Assembly: GCA_051362555.1 (NCBI GenBank)
Contig: JBPQGU010000016.1
Span: forward strand, 1,364,001-1,428,000
Direction: 5' to 3'
Source: Lingula anatina
Taxonomy: Eukaryota; Animalia; Brachiopoda
Length of the DNA stretch: 64,000 nucleotides
Shown here: piece after piece, positions 46,338-59,790 of the stretch
Numbering within the stretch: position 1 is the stretch's first letter
Layout: each line of letters begins with the position of its first letter
Notes under the pieces: generated by a model
What the model was told of the DNA's origin: nothing
Databases searched by the model: none
The model's input: the letters and a program-made list of their open reading frames with translations, nothing else
Program-made: the position numbers and the translations under genes

Positions 46338-47389
46338 TTAGTAACATATAACCAGTATAGAAACCGATGTACTGTACGCAAGGAGGCTGTGGGACAGTCA
46401 TGCGTTTATCATCTTATCTATGCCCGTCAAGATATATCAAAGATCAATCCAGAAATCAAGTAATTCAACAAAGGAAACAAACTGATACAACGTCATTAAA
46501 GCTTATGATCCAAAACGTTTCGTAAAAAAATCTTTTAATATTGCCATATATGCCATATTTCACGGCGGAAGAAGCCTCGGTTTAGAAATACCGGTTTAAG
46601 CGTGCTTTAAATATTAGAATCGGTAGGAAGACTGATCGGCTGCCTTGTAGTCAATATCCTTATTTAATAAACGAGCAATATGAAACACGCTTTTAACATC
46701 GTGCTGTTGATAATTATATACATGTATATATCCAGATACAATTCTAAGAGTCTGACTATGCTTTGCAAAAAAATCCTTAAATAATTGCCTTAGTTTACCA
46801 CAAAACCCATGTGTCTCATCATTCTCTATCAATACTTCGAATCACACAGATATATTTTAATCACGACTTGATATAAATCACATTTACGTCCGTCTTATCG
46901 CGGTTTAAGTCGCATTCTTTATAATTAAACCACAGCACAATACTATGAATCTTGTCAGCGCTTCCCTGCAATGTGAGCAGCTTCCGAGTTAACCAGGTTA
47001 GGACAGATAATCGATATTGTTTTGAGGAGGATCTGATTCTCTGTATCGTTGTTTAAGAACAGCTTTCGCTATGTATACAGTATATATCCAGTATGGCAGT
47101 GGCAGTTCTAGATTTTTCTCGTTCCCTTTCGAAATATTAAAAAAATTGACACAAAAAAGTCTGGAAATAATGTAATTCTTTATTTTTTTTATCCATGTTC
47201 GAATACTAACGACATTTAGAAATTTGTATTTTTTTGTAAGTGCAATATCTTACTTGTTTTTCATTTTAAGCAAACACTCAAGTGATACAGATTACATTTT
47301 AAATGGTATGAGGTATTCCCGCTTTATAAACGCACCAGAACTATTTTCCCAGCCGAATAGGTTACAATGTATGTATTTGCCTTTCTTGG

Positions 47390-47566
47390 TTTGGTACCAG
47401 TCTAACTCACAAAATTACGGAATGATTTTGATAAAATTTTCAGAGCAGGTCAGACGTGGACTTCTTCAGAATCGACCAGATTTTGGCACCGATCCGCCGA
47501 TTAATTCATTCATTAATGAGAACGGAGTTGTCTTGGCGCAGGTCGGCGTGCTCTGAGTTCTTGTCT
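47390..47566 (-). mobile_element. Degenerate HINE-like element
   Basis: The minus strand begins ACAAGAACTCAGAGCACGCCGACCTGCGCCAAG and includes GAAAATTTTATCAAAATC, resembling 51622-51885. Confidence 0.45.
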
Positions 47567-47638
47567 AAATGTTAATGGATTTTGCCGTTGTTGCAGTGGG
47601 CCCTTGGCCCCATCGATTGGATCTTTTCCCTAGAAATG

Positions 47639-47677
<39 letters not shown>

Positions 47678-49917
47678 CTCGCGCGTGTCTGTGTTTATGT
47701 CTGTGCGTGCACGTGAATGCGAGCTTGCGTATTTTGAAATGGAGACCGTAATCGGGGTATTTCTGCAAAATCTGGTTTCTGTATCTTACCAATACTCATC
47801 GCAAGAAGCTAGCTTGACGTCCCCTTCCCCCTGTCTTAACCTACGTCTGACTAGAGTGAAGACGAAGCCTGGTATTTGATTAAGGAAAAACAGTTTTGTT
47901 CTGTGAATTGTACACGTATGTAATGGCTGAGTACCTAAAGCAGATATTGTGTTTTCAACATGTTCTTGTCACAAAGGTGGTTTATGGTAACGAAGAAAAG
48001 ATGTGATTGTGTGTGTGTGTGTATGTGTGTATGTGTGTGTGTTTAATGCAATGCGTGTAACTCAAGGGACGCCCTCCTAACATCAAACCGTCGCTTAGTG
48101 ACTGAACAGTCTGAGAAGCGCAACCTGGCGGCTCCTTAATTCCCAGCCGAGACTTAAAAAATCTTAACACCAACATGTCTGACAGAACCACAACCAATGT
48201 CTGAGAACCGTTGCCAACGGCCGATTCTCCAGAGCCGACAATCTGTAGTTTCAGTCTTGCCTTCATATAAGGTCATTTCATCCCTACGGGATAGTTTTCC
48301 AGAGCTCTGCCTACTGTTTGCTTTAAGTTCAAACTCCGCTGAATAATAGAATCGGTGGAAGTTATTTCCCAGGAGTGAAAACGAAGCCAAAAAGAGGTTT
48401 CCAATGATTTTGATTTTTTTTGTGCTTCAATAACCTCTGCAGAGTTTAGTTCATTTTTTACTCACGCGTTCTGCGTAAACACTATATCTATATACATTAA
48501 AGGGATAATAACTCTTCTTATGAGATCTATATTTCACAATAAAAACATTGTGAATAACTCATAGAAATATAATATATTCCATTTTACCACAAAAACGGCA
48601 GTTATAGCTATTATTCTGTTATCTGAGCTTGTCTTTAGACCACGTGACCTCCATTGATGGATATACTCTGTTAAAATCTCTTAAGAGATTTTAACAAAAA
48701 AACAAACTTTTTAGTAAAAAAACCAGGGACTATCTTTGAATGTAAAAATGGATTCATTTACCATTGGTAAGTATGAGAAAATTGTTGTTAACTCCAGGAA
48801 AATTAATTTTTTGGCCGAAACGAAGAGTTATTATCACTTTAACTTTTTTGTCCTTCAACCTTTCTCTAGTTTGCTAAAATTCCAAAGTTTCTCTGTGGTT
48901 ATTCTTCTGGTAGAATATGAGGTAGAGTGTAAATAAATGTTCTATGAACAAGGTTTATTTTGAATCAATCTACGTGTACAGTACATCAGGTTAACTTGTG
49001 ATATATGCTTTGCTGCAAGAGTAGGTTTACGACGAAATGCCATAACAGTTCCATAAAAACAACCTTAAAGTTCACCACACTCTCAAGGAATATGATAACA
49101 TTATATGAAAAAATCAATACTGAGTTGCAGCGTACTCAACATTGAAGTTAACACTTAATCAAAAACATAAATCTTGTCAATTAACTCGATGAAAAAAATA
49201 TACAAAAACCCATTTCCTTGGTAAAAGGTTTGTTCGTCAATTCAGAAAAAAATGCATTCTATTTTTCTAAAGCTTTCGCAGCCTTCAAGCATCGGTAAGA
49301 TTAAACATGGCGACAAAACACCCATCTGCAACTTCCAGAAAGTAGAGAGTACGTAAGAACCTCAATGCTCGTCGCATCCAGGCAAGACATAACAAATCCA
49401 TTTGTCGATCGCGGGGCTTCCGATAGTAAATACAGCGCTAATTTGGTATCCGCCCGCTGTGCAAATGTTGTAAACCCTGAAGATGGATAATTAACTGCAT
49501 CTTACGCATTTTACTTCGATAATGATTCAAATGAACCACAAGACTGTGTCACTAATATATTAGGCCTTGGTCAGACGTTACTATTTGTCTTTTCATATTT
49601 TATTCTATTTCATTATTATTTTTTTTTTGACAATCAATGGCGTTTTTTTCTAATCTGATCTCTTGCCATTGCTAAATTCTTTTTTTTTTTTTTTTTTTTT
49701 TTTTTTGTATGTAAAATTTCCAAGTTTCAAAAACCAATGGATTTACACATTATGACATAAACACTTGAGTTCATACTGTAAAACCCGGAGATGCACAGGG
49801 ACTCAGCATTAGGTATTCAATATATCATGGAAATATATGACATTCATAATATTATCTACCCGCAGTCCTGAGAACACAATACTCGAACAATTATAATGTG
49901 ATTTTCACTCATGTGCT

Positions 49918-49931
49918 GTTACCAAGGCAAC
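49918..49931. promoter_or_regulatory. Consensus RFX X-box GTTACCAAGGCAAC
   Basis: Matches GTNRCC-N(0-3)-RGYAAC exactly. Confidence 0.5.
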
Positions 49932-51621
49932 GCGATGTCAGTGAATTAAGGAGGTGATATTGTGGCAAACAGCGCGTCTTAATGTTGACATTAAGCGAGT
50001 ATTCTACACTGGCAGGGACTTGCCAGCCAGATATAATATATAAGAGCAGATATTGAAATGTCTCAGATATGTTTCAATCTGAAAAGAGGTCAATTTACTT
50101 CTTATGTGGGATGTTTGTTTTTGTTTTTGTTTTTTTAAATATTTTGTATTTAAAAAATAAAACAACAAACTTTCCGTCTGAATGATATTAGCTGAATATC
50201 CAAAAAAGACTTAATCTTCAAATTCATATTCAGCGTCTTATCACATTAGTCCATATATAGACACCATCTATCCTAGGACTAAAACGTTCTCATTGAACCT
50301 CCAGATATTGAACGGCATTTACTTCAAGCTAACCAGGGCCTTTATCGTTTGCAAACCTCGCTCTCTTGGGAACCCCATGAATATAACCGTGCCTCATCTT
50401 TAATAGGTTGCTTGGTCCTGGGAGAGGCAATACAATCCATTAGCAAATAACCATTACCGATAACAAACGTCATGATTCTGGCATCGGGCCGTCAACGGGG
50501 CATAACGCACGGGCTCAAACCATTTGACACGTGCGATATTATTGGAGTGCGCGTCGTTGTATGATGCTTAATATCGGGAGAGATCAATGATCAATATGAC
50601 TGCACTATTTGCTGAACGGCTTTGTAACGCATGTTTTGTGTCAGTTAGAGATGTACAGTGAGTGCTCCGACCTCGTTGATTCCAAAGGAATGGCCTCGAC
50701 CGTTTTAGAAGACAATGCAGAATTACTGCATTTGAAAAAAGCATGACTGACGAGAAAAGTAGAAAGCATTTAATAACCATGCAATTAGTTGAAACTTTAT
50801 ACTTTGAATAGCTTATTTGATTTAGTTTTCGGTAGAAAAAGATCGAGATGTTATCAATTTCCGTCAACAGTTTTTTCTCGAGTTGGCAAAGAAAGAAAAG
50901 TTTGCAATTTTTATAATTATTCATCATATATCTCATTAGTCCAGCTTTCTCTAGTTTCCACAATATTTCGGCCGCTTGCTATTGTGTATTTGCTTAGAAA
51001 CTGACGCGCGAATCTTTATCGCAGGTGGACTAATTTCGCGACATAGGCTTAATAACTACGCAAGCTGACATACCATACTTCTGTAGCAGATACAGGCGTT
51101 ATCAGCTATATGTATGGCACTCTTAATAACGCAAAACGATTTATCTATTTGCACAGTTTTTCTGCATAGTCGACAATGTGTATATGGGTAGGCTGATTAC
51201 TTTTGTAATACAGTGTGATCATACGGCCTAACTGCTATAATTGCCAATTTCCTCAAACACCAGCTTATATTACATGCTGAATAAATGGCCTAGATGCCTT
51301 ATAAGTTACGCAGCTGGCAACATGCTTATCTAAATAAGTCACGACGACTCCTTGATACATGTATAAAGCTGAGGTTTATCTTTTCGCGTTGAAATATTTA
51401 TGCGCAAGCCGTTCGGTTTTATCTGAATTGTGAGTGACGATATTGATTATAAAACACGATCGCATATATCAGATTAAGCAGATGCTATATTATTCTAAAC
51501 ACATTGCTATGGGTGCAACCAGCTTACGATTAGAATAATAAAATTTCCAGTGCAACTGGAGGGGTTGGGGGGGTGGGGGGAGCCCCCCTCTCCATTGTTG
51601 CACCCCATCCATTCACAATGT

Positions 51622-51885
51622 AAACTAGAAAAGCATCCCGAGAGCTCAGACCTCCGCCAAGGCAGCGATTTTTTTATTATTATTGACTATTGATTGATTA
51701 TTGATTGATTATATCCGCATCACCACCAAAAACTAATCATCTCTTCCTTTGCCCATTTCTGACAGTTCCGGAAAATTTCATCAAAATCGGTCTATAACTT
51801 TATGAGTTATGTTGATGACAAACAAACAAACAAACAAACAAACAGACAAACAGGGGTGAAAACATAACCTCCTTGGCGGAGGTAA
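51622..51885 (+). mobile_element. Complete short Helentron-associated (HINE-like) element
   Basis: Subterminal inverted repeat ACCTCCGCCAAGG / CCTTGGCGGAGGT, (ACAA)n microsatellite and 3' hairpin ACCTCC-TTGGC-GGAGGT. Confidence 0.75.
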
Positions 51886-53581
51886 TTAAATAGGCAAAAT
51901 TTAGGCCTAAGTGGGCGGTAGTATCAAAGCCTATCTCCTGACCTCTAATGGGACCTGCAGTGTATTTTGAAGGTACTGTGCGGGTAATTCTATCATCTCG
52001 TGAAAATATTAATTAATTAATTAATTAATTATGTCAAAAAGCAAGGAAGGAAACGGATATTAAAATAGGCAGACGTATAGAATGAAATGCGTAGATATGG
52101 CTTCGCCAAATTTTAATAAGAGAAAAAGGGAAGTGCGTTTTCCACTCGCAATATTCTCGTATTTTCACTAAAACGTAGACCATGAGCAAAGCTATCAGAG
52201 ACAAACCACTTTTCACGTTCTATTACATTAAATGCGCAGGTATGGTTTTGTATATTGAGTATGAACATTTCCAATTTATGAACATTTCTAATCTAAAGAA
52301 AGATATAATAATAATAATAATAAACAATATTGATGCATAATAACATCCCATCTACCGCAAATTCATTTCGCAGAAGACAAGACGCAGTTACTATCGTACT
52401 CATCTCAGTAATTCACCCAGCACAAGTCATTGTGTCATTAAATACATATTCCTATCTGCAAGAATCCATTATCAGTGCATACTGTCACTAAAGGATCGAA
52501 ATCCGAGGCTTTAACTACGACATGCATTAAGTTAACTGCACCGAGATCCTTCGTGATTGATACATGCAGTTGTTCCTAAGTGCTTTTATGGAAGACTTTT
52601 TTTCATATAGACGAACTGAACGTGACTGCACCCCGCGAAGATACTTGCATTTTGATGTGGAAATAACGGAGGCAGAAGGCAAGAAGGAGAGGTTCTAGAT
52701 GACAGTCCGTTGGTTGTGGTGGTGGTGGTGGGGGGGGGGGGGGGGGGGGTTAAACGTAGCCTCTGCTTAACCTCTACCAGGGTCACAGATTGATTTTTCA
52801 CTAAATATTCACAGAATATGTGTCTGACTAAATATGGTCCTCTAACTGTGTGACTTGTGGAAAAATGTGCCTATAATATCTGCCACCCTGGTAGAGGGTA
52901 TAGTCTCTGCTTTCGTTTTGTTTGCAAGCGATCGACCTGTTTGCTACCCAAGTAGCCATCCTCCCTGTTCTACACTGCTTGATCCACCAGTAGTTAATAC
53001 GCAAATACAACTAATCAAACATGTGCGTTCAACCACCTTCATCTCTACAAACGCAAGTGCACTGCAATGATGCGGGTTTCATATTCAGAGCGAAATATCA
53101 AATATATATGGAATATACGATACGTACGCTACTCTACTGCCAGCCGCATTAACGTGACCTATAAAGCGCTAACTACATTCGAGGTGAAAATTATCACAGA
53201 ATAAAGCGAAAGGTGTATTATGGAAGTAATGACATATTACGGTTACATGTACATGTACTGATAATTGGACTTTTAAATCAAAGACACCCACCCTAATACT
53301 ACATAATACGAGGCTAAAATGTCTATAGGAATGTACAATGTTCTTGTAATATTTCTTACAGACGTACATGCGTAGCACCATCACAGATCCCAAAAGATTA
53401 TATGAGATACCAGAAAAACACGAGCGACACACTACATACATATTATACTATTACGAATTACGCGAATATGTATACTACTGTTTACCACTATTGTACACTA
53501 CTAGCTTATGAAATCATACATGTATGTGCTAATAGATTTACTTTATATCCATTTTCGGATATTCTATGCCCAAAAGCTCAC

Positions 53582-56500
53582 CTACGTTGATGTAAATGAT
53601 CACCCCAATCACGGCGAGGAGAAGTAACAATCCCACCGTAATGAACACAATGTTTAGAATTTTTTTCAATAGCAAATACTCATCAGTGCCTGGGTTGAGA
53701 ATGTTGCGATCCAGTCCTCCTTTGCCTTCCAGTCTGTTATCCTCTAAACGTTTGTAAATTCTTTGCAGAGTGGAGTTCTGTTTTCGGTGGGATTTTAAAG
53801 CAACGCTGTCTTTGGAATCCTCTCTTTTATCGTCTAAATTATCCATCGAGACGCTGGTGGCGTCCATGTCACTTCTAGGGTCCGATTTTGGATTTGAGGC
53901 CAGCGCCATCTCGGGAGAAATTGTGGAATTATTATTATTATTACTGTTATTATCATTAGGCTGTAACGTAGACGCTCCTTGTCCCTGCTGTTTTAATAAC
54001 AATTCCTCGATACTCTCGTCATTGCGACCCGCCTCATTGATATTCACAATCTCGTCGTGCTGTGCTGATTGAGTACCTCCGCTGGCGGGGAAATCCTCGC
54101 GGGCCAATCGATCGCGTTCGTCTGCTCCGCCAGCTTCCACTGCAGAAACCGATTTGTTGTGCCTCCGGCTTAGTGGGGTGGCAGCTCGGAAGTAATGCTC
54201 AAACGAGAAAAGCTCAAAATCACTCGAGTCGTACTCATCTCCTGTAAGTTCAGGGGCACTCTTTCGGTCTATTTGACGCATGCGCGTATCCGGAAACTTC
54301 CCGTCGTTTCTGTCATCGTCACGATTGTTGCCCGCAGCCTGCCTGTTTGCGCAGCCGATGTCCTCACTAAAGGCGCGCGTATATTTAGATTTGCGTTGAC
54401 CGCTTTCTGGAGGATAAAACGCGTCGCTAACTTCACTATCGTTTGGATCAGGGACATATTGCGCAACTATATTATGATCCCTTTTTTGAGATTCTCTGCG
54501 TTTTTGCGGAGATGAAGCCCTGTCGGACTGTTTAACATTATTCGCATCTTGTCCATTTTTTAAACCGTTCTGATCACTTTCGCTGTCTTTGGTTGCACGT
54601 GTACCTTTCTGACTGGCACGAGAAGCGGATCGCCTCCTTGCTAAATCTGACGAGGGCGACTGCAGCAACGGCGGGGGCTCGGATGCCGGGCGAACAACTT
54701 TACTCGAAATATCCTGATTTGGGTTAACGCCCGTCTTCTCGTTTTTAGTGATCCCGTTGGTTGCAGGCCCCCCCTTCGTCACTTCTTTCGGAGGCACGGT
54801 AATGAAGCGGTTTTGGTAATATATGACAGACCTGGCTGGCGGACCCGGTTTGTGAGGGGCACTTTCGGGTCTTTTCTCAGGCTTCTGCTGATCACGCATC
54901 TTTTCAGTGCTGGACCACGTGTTCCGGCGCACATCTCTTTCCTCTGGGACTAGTAGACTGTTACCGGTCTCATCGTCATTTTCACTTACAGAACCGACCC
55001 GGCCCTGCGCAGACGCTGCTCTGGACTTAGGCCTGTTGAGTGAGTGCTTTCCGTAAAGGGAAGAACTCTGCGGACAATCTGAGTATTCCTCCACTTCTTT
55101 ATCGAGGTCGTGACTTGCGTCAAGATGGTGAGCTTCTTTTCTACTATAACCATGCGTGCTTGAGTCGTACGAACTGGGCCGAATATCCTTTCTGTGATCT
55201 TTCTTAGTTTTCTGAGTAGGAGAGCTACTATAGAAAGTTGCGTCTGATTGTACGACCCTGTGTTTAGATTTTGGCGACTGTCGAGACGGCCGACTCTTTG
55301 GCCTATCAAAGGAACCGCTCTGGTCCTCTGACGTACTGCTTGAATATTTTCTTTGCCTTGCCGCGAGTGACAGTCTGTAGTCTCGCGGTCTCGCTTCCTC
55401 GCGCGTCACAGAGTGACCAAGGGCCTTTTGCTGACGTTGCTCGTCCGATGCGCTGCTGGATGAACGGTGCTCTGTCTCGGAGGAGTTATTCCCTGGGCTG
55501 TAAGAAGCACTGGCTGAACTTTCAATGGGACCCGGTGTCTTGTTGTGTCTTGACGGGGAAGGCGTCGTTAAATAGCTGTCTACGTCACCGTCCACCCCAG
55601 CTGGAGAGTCAAGGTATGGAGACCGTTCTGACTGTGACCTTGAAGATGACCTCGATGGAGGTCGGGGTGACTTGGATCTTGACCTAGATAAAAGTGTAGG
55701 TGAATTTGAACTTTTTGTAGATGGCGGCTGCGGCGATCTAGACCTTGACGATGGTCGAGGTGACCTTGACCTACTACGCGCACTAGGCGATCGGAGAAAA
55801 TCCTTCTTTTCTACTGATCCCTTTGACTCTGCTGTGTGTTCTTCAAGGGCTTTGCCACGCTGTTTAGGTGGGCTTCGTTTTATCTGATCCGGACTGTTTT
55901 GGTTGGCGCCATGCTTTTCATGGTTTCCGCTCTTTGTCAGTTGCTCTTCCTGGCGCTTAATATTTTCCCTTTCTTTTTGTTCTCTTCGATGGGAATGATT
56001 ATGTTCCGATTTGGTGGCTTTATCCTGTGTATAAGCATCTAATTCATCACCGCTGGCGTTAGTTTTGTGGTTAACTTTCAGTCCATGAGGATTTTTCAGT
56101 GACTCAGTTTCAACACTGTAAGCGGGGCCTCCGTGTTTCTGACCCGCGGGAAAAGAATGCGCGTGACTGTGTGAGGTTAAATTACTGGATAGCTCGTTAA
56201 TCGCCTGTGCTATTTCCAGTGGGCTTGGAGCACGTAGGTACGACTCCTGCCTTTCATCAAGACCGGAGCCACTCGGCCCCTCTTGGTTAACGGGTGAAAC
56301 TGCAGAGTTTCTTCCGCTTCTGGGACCGTTTGGGGTTTTCCCGTGAGACTGGCCAGATCTACGGGGTTTCCCAGAGCTGTGGTGCCTAGATCTACTGGGG
56401 TAGGGCGAGCGCACGCGCGGGTGCCTGGTTACCGGTGGTGGGTGGTCTGGAACAGATAACAAATCATTATCTACGTTCACATCTTCACTGCCCACGCTGG

Positions 56501-56978
56501 AAGCGCGTTTATGGCGACCAGGCGACCAGGCGCCAGGCGTCTCGGTACAGGCGACATCTTCCTGGATGCGAGGAAGTGGTGATCGTCTGCTGGGGGCAGA
56601 GCCACGTGATGATTGCCGCCTTTGAGAACCACGTGGTGACTTGCTAACAGGTAAAGCAGTAGCTTTTGCACTGACAGAGTTGGTAGGTTCCTGGGGTTTG
56701 TTTAATCCCTGTGATTTACCAGCTCCCTGTGATTTTTTTGTTGCCTGTGGGCTGCTACTAGTAGATACTTCTGGTTTACTACCGGTACCCTGTGAATTGC
56801 TACCTCCCTTTGGTTTAACGGGCCTCCTAGGGATAGAGAAACCGTTGGCGTCAGGTTTTGCCGGTTCAGCATCCGCCGCACCGTGGCGGCCAAAACTGAG
56901 AATATCCTTACTAAACTTTGGAACATCTGGCAAGGCGTTGGATAAAAACTTGGCGAACGACTCGCTAGGGGCCGCCAT
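53582..56978 (-). CDS. Giant exon encoding a ~1130-aa Ser/Arg/Pro-rich disordered protein with a single C-terminal TM helix; last exon not fixed
   Basis: Uninterrupted 3.5-kb ORF, first ATG at 56978 (gatATGG). TM segment ILNIVFITVGLLLLLAVIGVIIYI is followed directly by a donor GTAG|gtgagc at 53582/53581. Confidence 0.8.
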
Positions 56979-59399
56979 ATCGTTCAGATCGATCTCGTTT
57001 CGTTCTCCCGGGGTTTTACTTATCCTTGTCCTGTTGCGCTCCAATACCTTCCAAAACACATTTACGAATTGTAATTGCTTTAATGCACGTTAAATAGGAG
57101 CCGGTTTGTTATTAAAGCCTGTTGAACAGAGCACATTTCCATTTCATTATGTCTTCCGATGCGTTTCTTTGAGAATCATTTTTAAGAATCTGAACTCATG
57201 AATGCTCCACTTGTCCTTTGTTCTCAGATTTTAGAATCTTAATTTAAGATGTATAAATTGCTGTGTGTATTAACTTCATATTCCAACTAATCTTCTTTTC
57301 TTTACGATCTTGGTGTCAATCACGTTAACTTCAACCGGTAAAATTTTTGTTTAGAAAGACGAATCTATAATAGTCGTTCTTCACTGTATCCCGTTTGTCA
57401 TACTTTTTTTTCTCTTTTGAATAAGCCCCTCTTTAAGTCAGATACACTTCATCCGGTAATTTTTTATATAGATTGACGGAACTATGATATTAGTTCACAA
57501 CATATATGTTTTTTGTGTCCCTATTGAACAGGTCCACAATAAATTTAGATTTCGTTATCAGTCGTAAGCCTCTTATATTGAATTGTACACCGAAGCAAAT
57601 TTGGTTTTCATACAGTGAAGTTATTTCCCGTGTTGTTGCCAGCTGATGACTGGAAGTTCTTCAAAGAATTATTGTGGCAAAACATCAAACAACAGTTCTC
57701 TATATTGTTTGAATAGTTTACAGTTATCAGTTAATAAATCGGATAGTATGCGGTATAGTTTTTAGACGTTAACTCTTCATATTATCCATTGACATCAACT
57801 GTCCTTGTTGTCCTCTTTTTTACAAAGACATATTTTGCATATGTCGCGAAATCACCCCTCCAGCTTGGAATTTCCTTTGCTCCATTGATGTAATATGGTA
57901 TTATCCACTATTCTGCAAGGAAATAATCCACACGTGGCTAAAATGTCTTGTTTTAGGCCAAATATCAGCCATGTATTTTCCAGTTGTAAACATGCTCTTG
58001 AGATAGGAATTTGGAGTAGATTTTTCTGGGAAAACCGCATGTTGTATTGAAGATGTTTATCTTCAGCTAAGGTGACCTTTGTCTATAGCCCACCGGCGAC
58101 CAAAGCACCCCGTTAAGTTCCTAATCAAATTTTATCATTAAGCACCAGGTACGCCAGAGGCTTTTGACATAATTTGGTACAGGTACAGTCCAAGTGGTTC
58201 AAATGGTGAATGGCTTTCTTCAGAATTAATGAGCTCCGATCTCTTATCAATACCCTCAGATTTGACACTTAATCAGAATTATCAGACATGACCTCACAAT
58301 GATGTTAAAAACATATCTGTTAAACTGCTGTGTAGGTTCACAGTCTTTAAGCTTGAACAACATAGATGAGAGCGCCCCGACTACCGTGGGTGGTGGGTGT
58401 CAAAGTTACGTAACCACTTACAGCGCAGCCAAAGTATCGACTGTCCATAACAATTTGGATGTTAAACGTGTTTTAACCGCTCCCATCAGTTAAACTCTCA
58501 CGCTCTCGGCTGCCCAGCAATCGGATACAAACATGGTTTTCAAATTGTGAATTGTCTTAAATCCAAGATCCCATGGTGCTAAACGATTTTAAATTGCACT
58601 GTCTTAAAAAAAAAAACGAGGAAACCCGTTCGGATCGTGTTTCCAATTTGCCCTATCTCTTGCCGCATTCAGTCAGCCGCCTACACTAAATCACGACTTG
58701 TTAAGACCATCACCAAGTGAAAACAAGGAATCGGAATTGGACTGGGGCCCAAACTGGCTTCTCGCTTGCTCTGGAAGTTGTTATTTCGATTAAAGGATTT
58801 GGCCCATTTTTGCCAATGTTGACTCACTTTGTTTATCTGCTATAGGAAGCATTGGGGCGTTAAGGGTACATGGAGGAAATGATAAGAGCAAACAACACCC
58901 ATCTTTTAATAGATTGGCCCAGAGGCATTGATCAAAGAACAGAGAATAACGATCCCAGGCTCGTCTTGACATGAAGCAGCATATACGTGCCGTACCAATC
59001 TAGGGATTGAAAAGATTGCCGTTGTATTTCTGTGTACTTGGAATCGAATGTCCCGTGTCGCAGTTTCTTTCGCCCGTTTCAAACCTGCCTTTAATTGTAT
59101 AAATACTGATCATGCTGACAGGTTGCTTCTTTTAATAAAAGTACATATAAAAATTAGTAGACAATTAAGTAAGAGATCTTAAAAATAATAAAAATATATA
59201 AAAATACAAATAATAAACAAATGAAATAATTAAAATAATAATAAAATTTAATTAGAATAAAAAATCCTTAAAAATAAAGACTTAAAAAAAAACAAGACTT
59301 AAAAAATAAAATACAGAACAAATGCAAAGTTAAAAGCATTAATTTAGATTTAAAAGTTGTTTACTAAAAGTAAAAAGAAAAAATGTCCTAATGTAACGT

Positions 59400-59790
59400 T
59401 CTGTAAAATGTAAAATGGTCAGTCATACATTTTTTTGAAAGATAAGTTCTCTTGGTAACTGATTCCATTCGTACCGGACAGCGTATTCAAGAGATTTTCC
59501 CCAAATGTTTTAAACTTTGCACATTGATGTTTTAATAATAACTAGCCCTTGGATCTTAACGTGCGATTTGGTGAGCAATGAGGTACAAGTTTACAAAGAT
59601 AATATGGTGCAAGTCCATGAACAGCAACATGAGCATATATGAAAAGTTTGAATAAAAGCCCTGCATGCATGTGCACATAGCCAGTGAAGTTCTTTTAAAA
59701 TCAGTGTTATGTGAGTTTGAGTAAGAAGACGAGCTGAGATCTTTTGGATGTGTTGGAGTTCCTTTGCCATTATTTGATGTTTTATTGCTT
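59400..59790 (-). mobile_element. Degenerate L2/CR1-clade LINE ORF2 3' fragment
   Basis: The minus strand gives LQHIQKISARLL..HITLILKELHWL...VHGLAPYYL....SPNRTLRS, the typical post-RT C-terminal motif, with frameshifts. Confidence 0.75.

Noticed and set aside
47982-48390. Minus-strand ORFs of 94 and 78 aa
   Set aside because: No splice or homology support; one runs into a CA microsatellite.
53770-57093. Several plus-strand and alternate-frame ORFs
   Set aside because: Antisense or out-of-frame shadows of the long minus-strand ORF.
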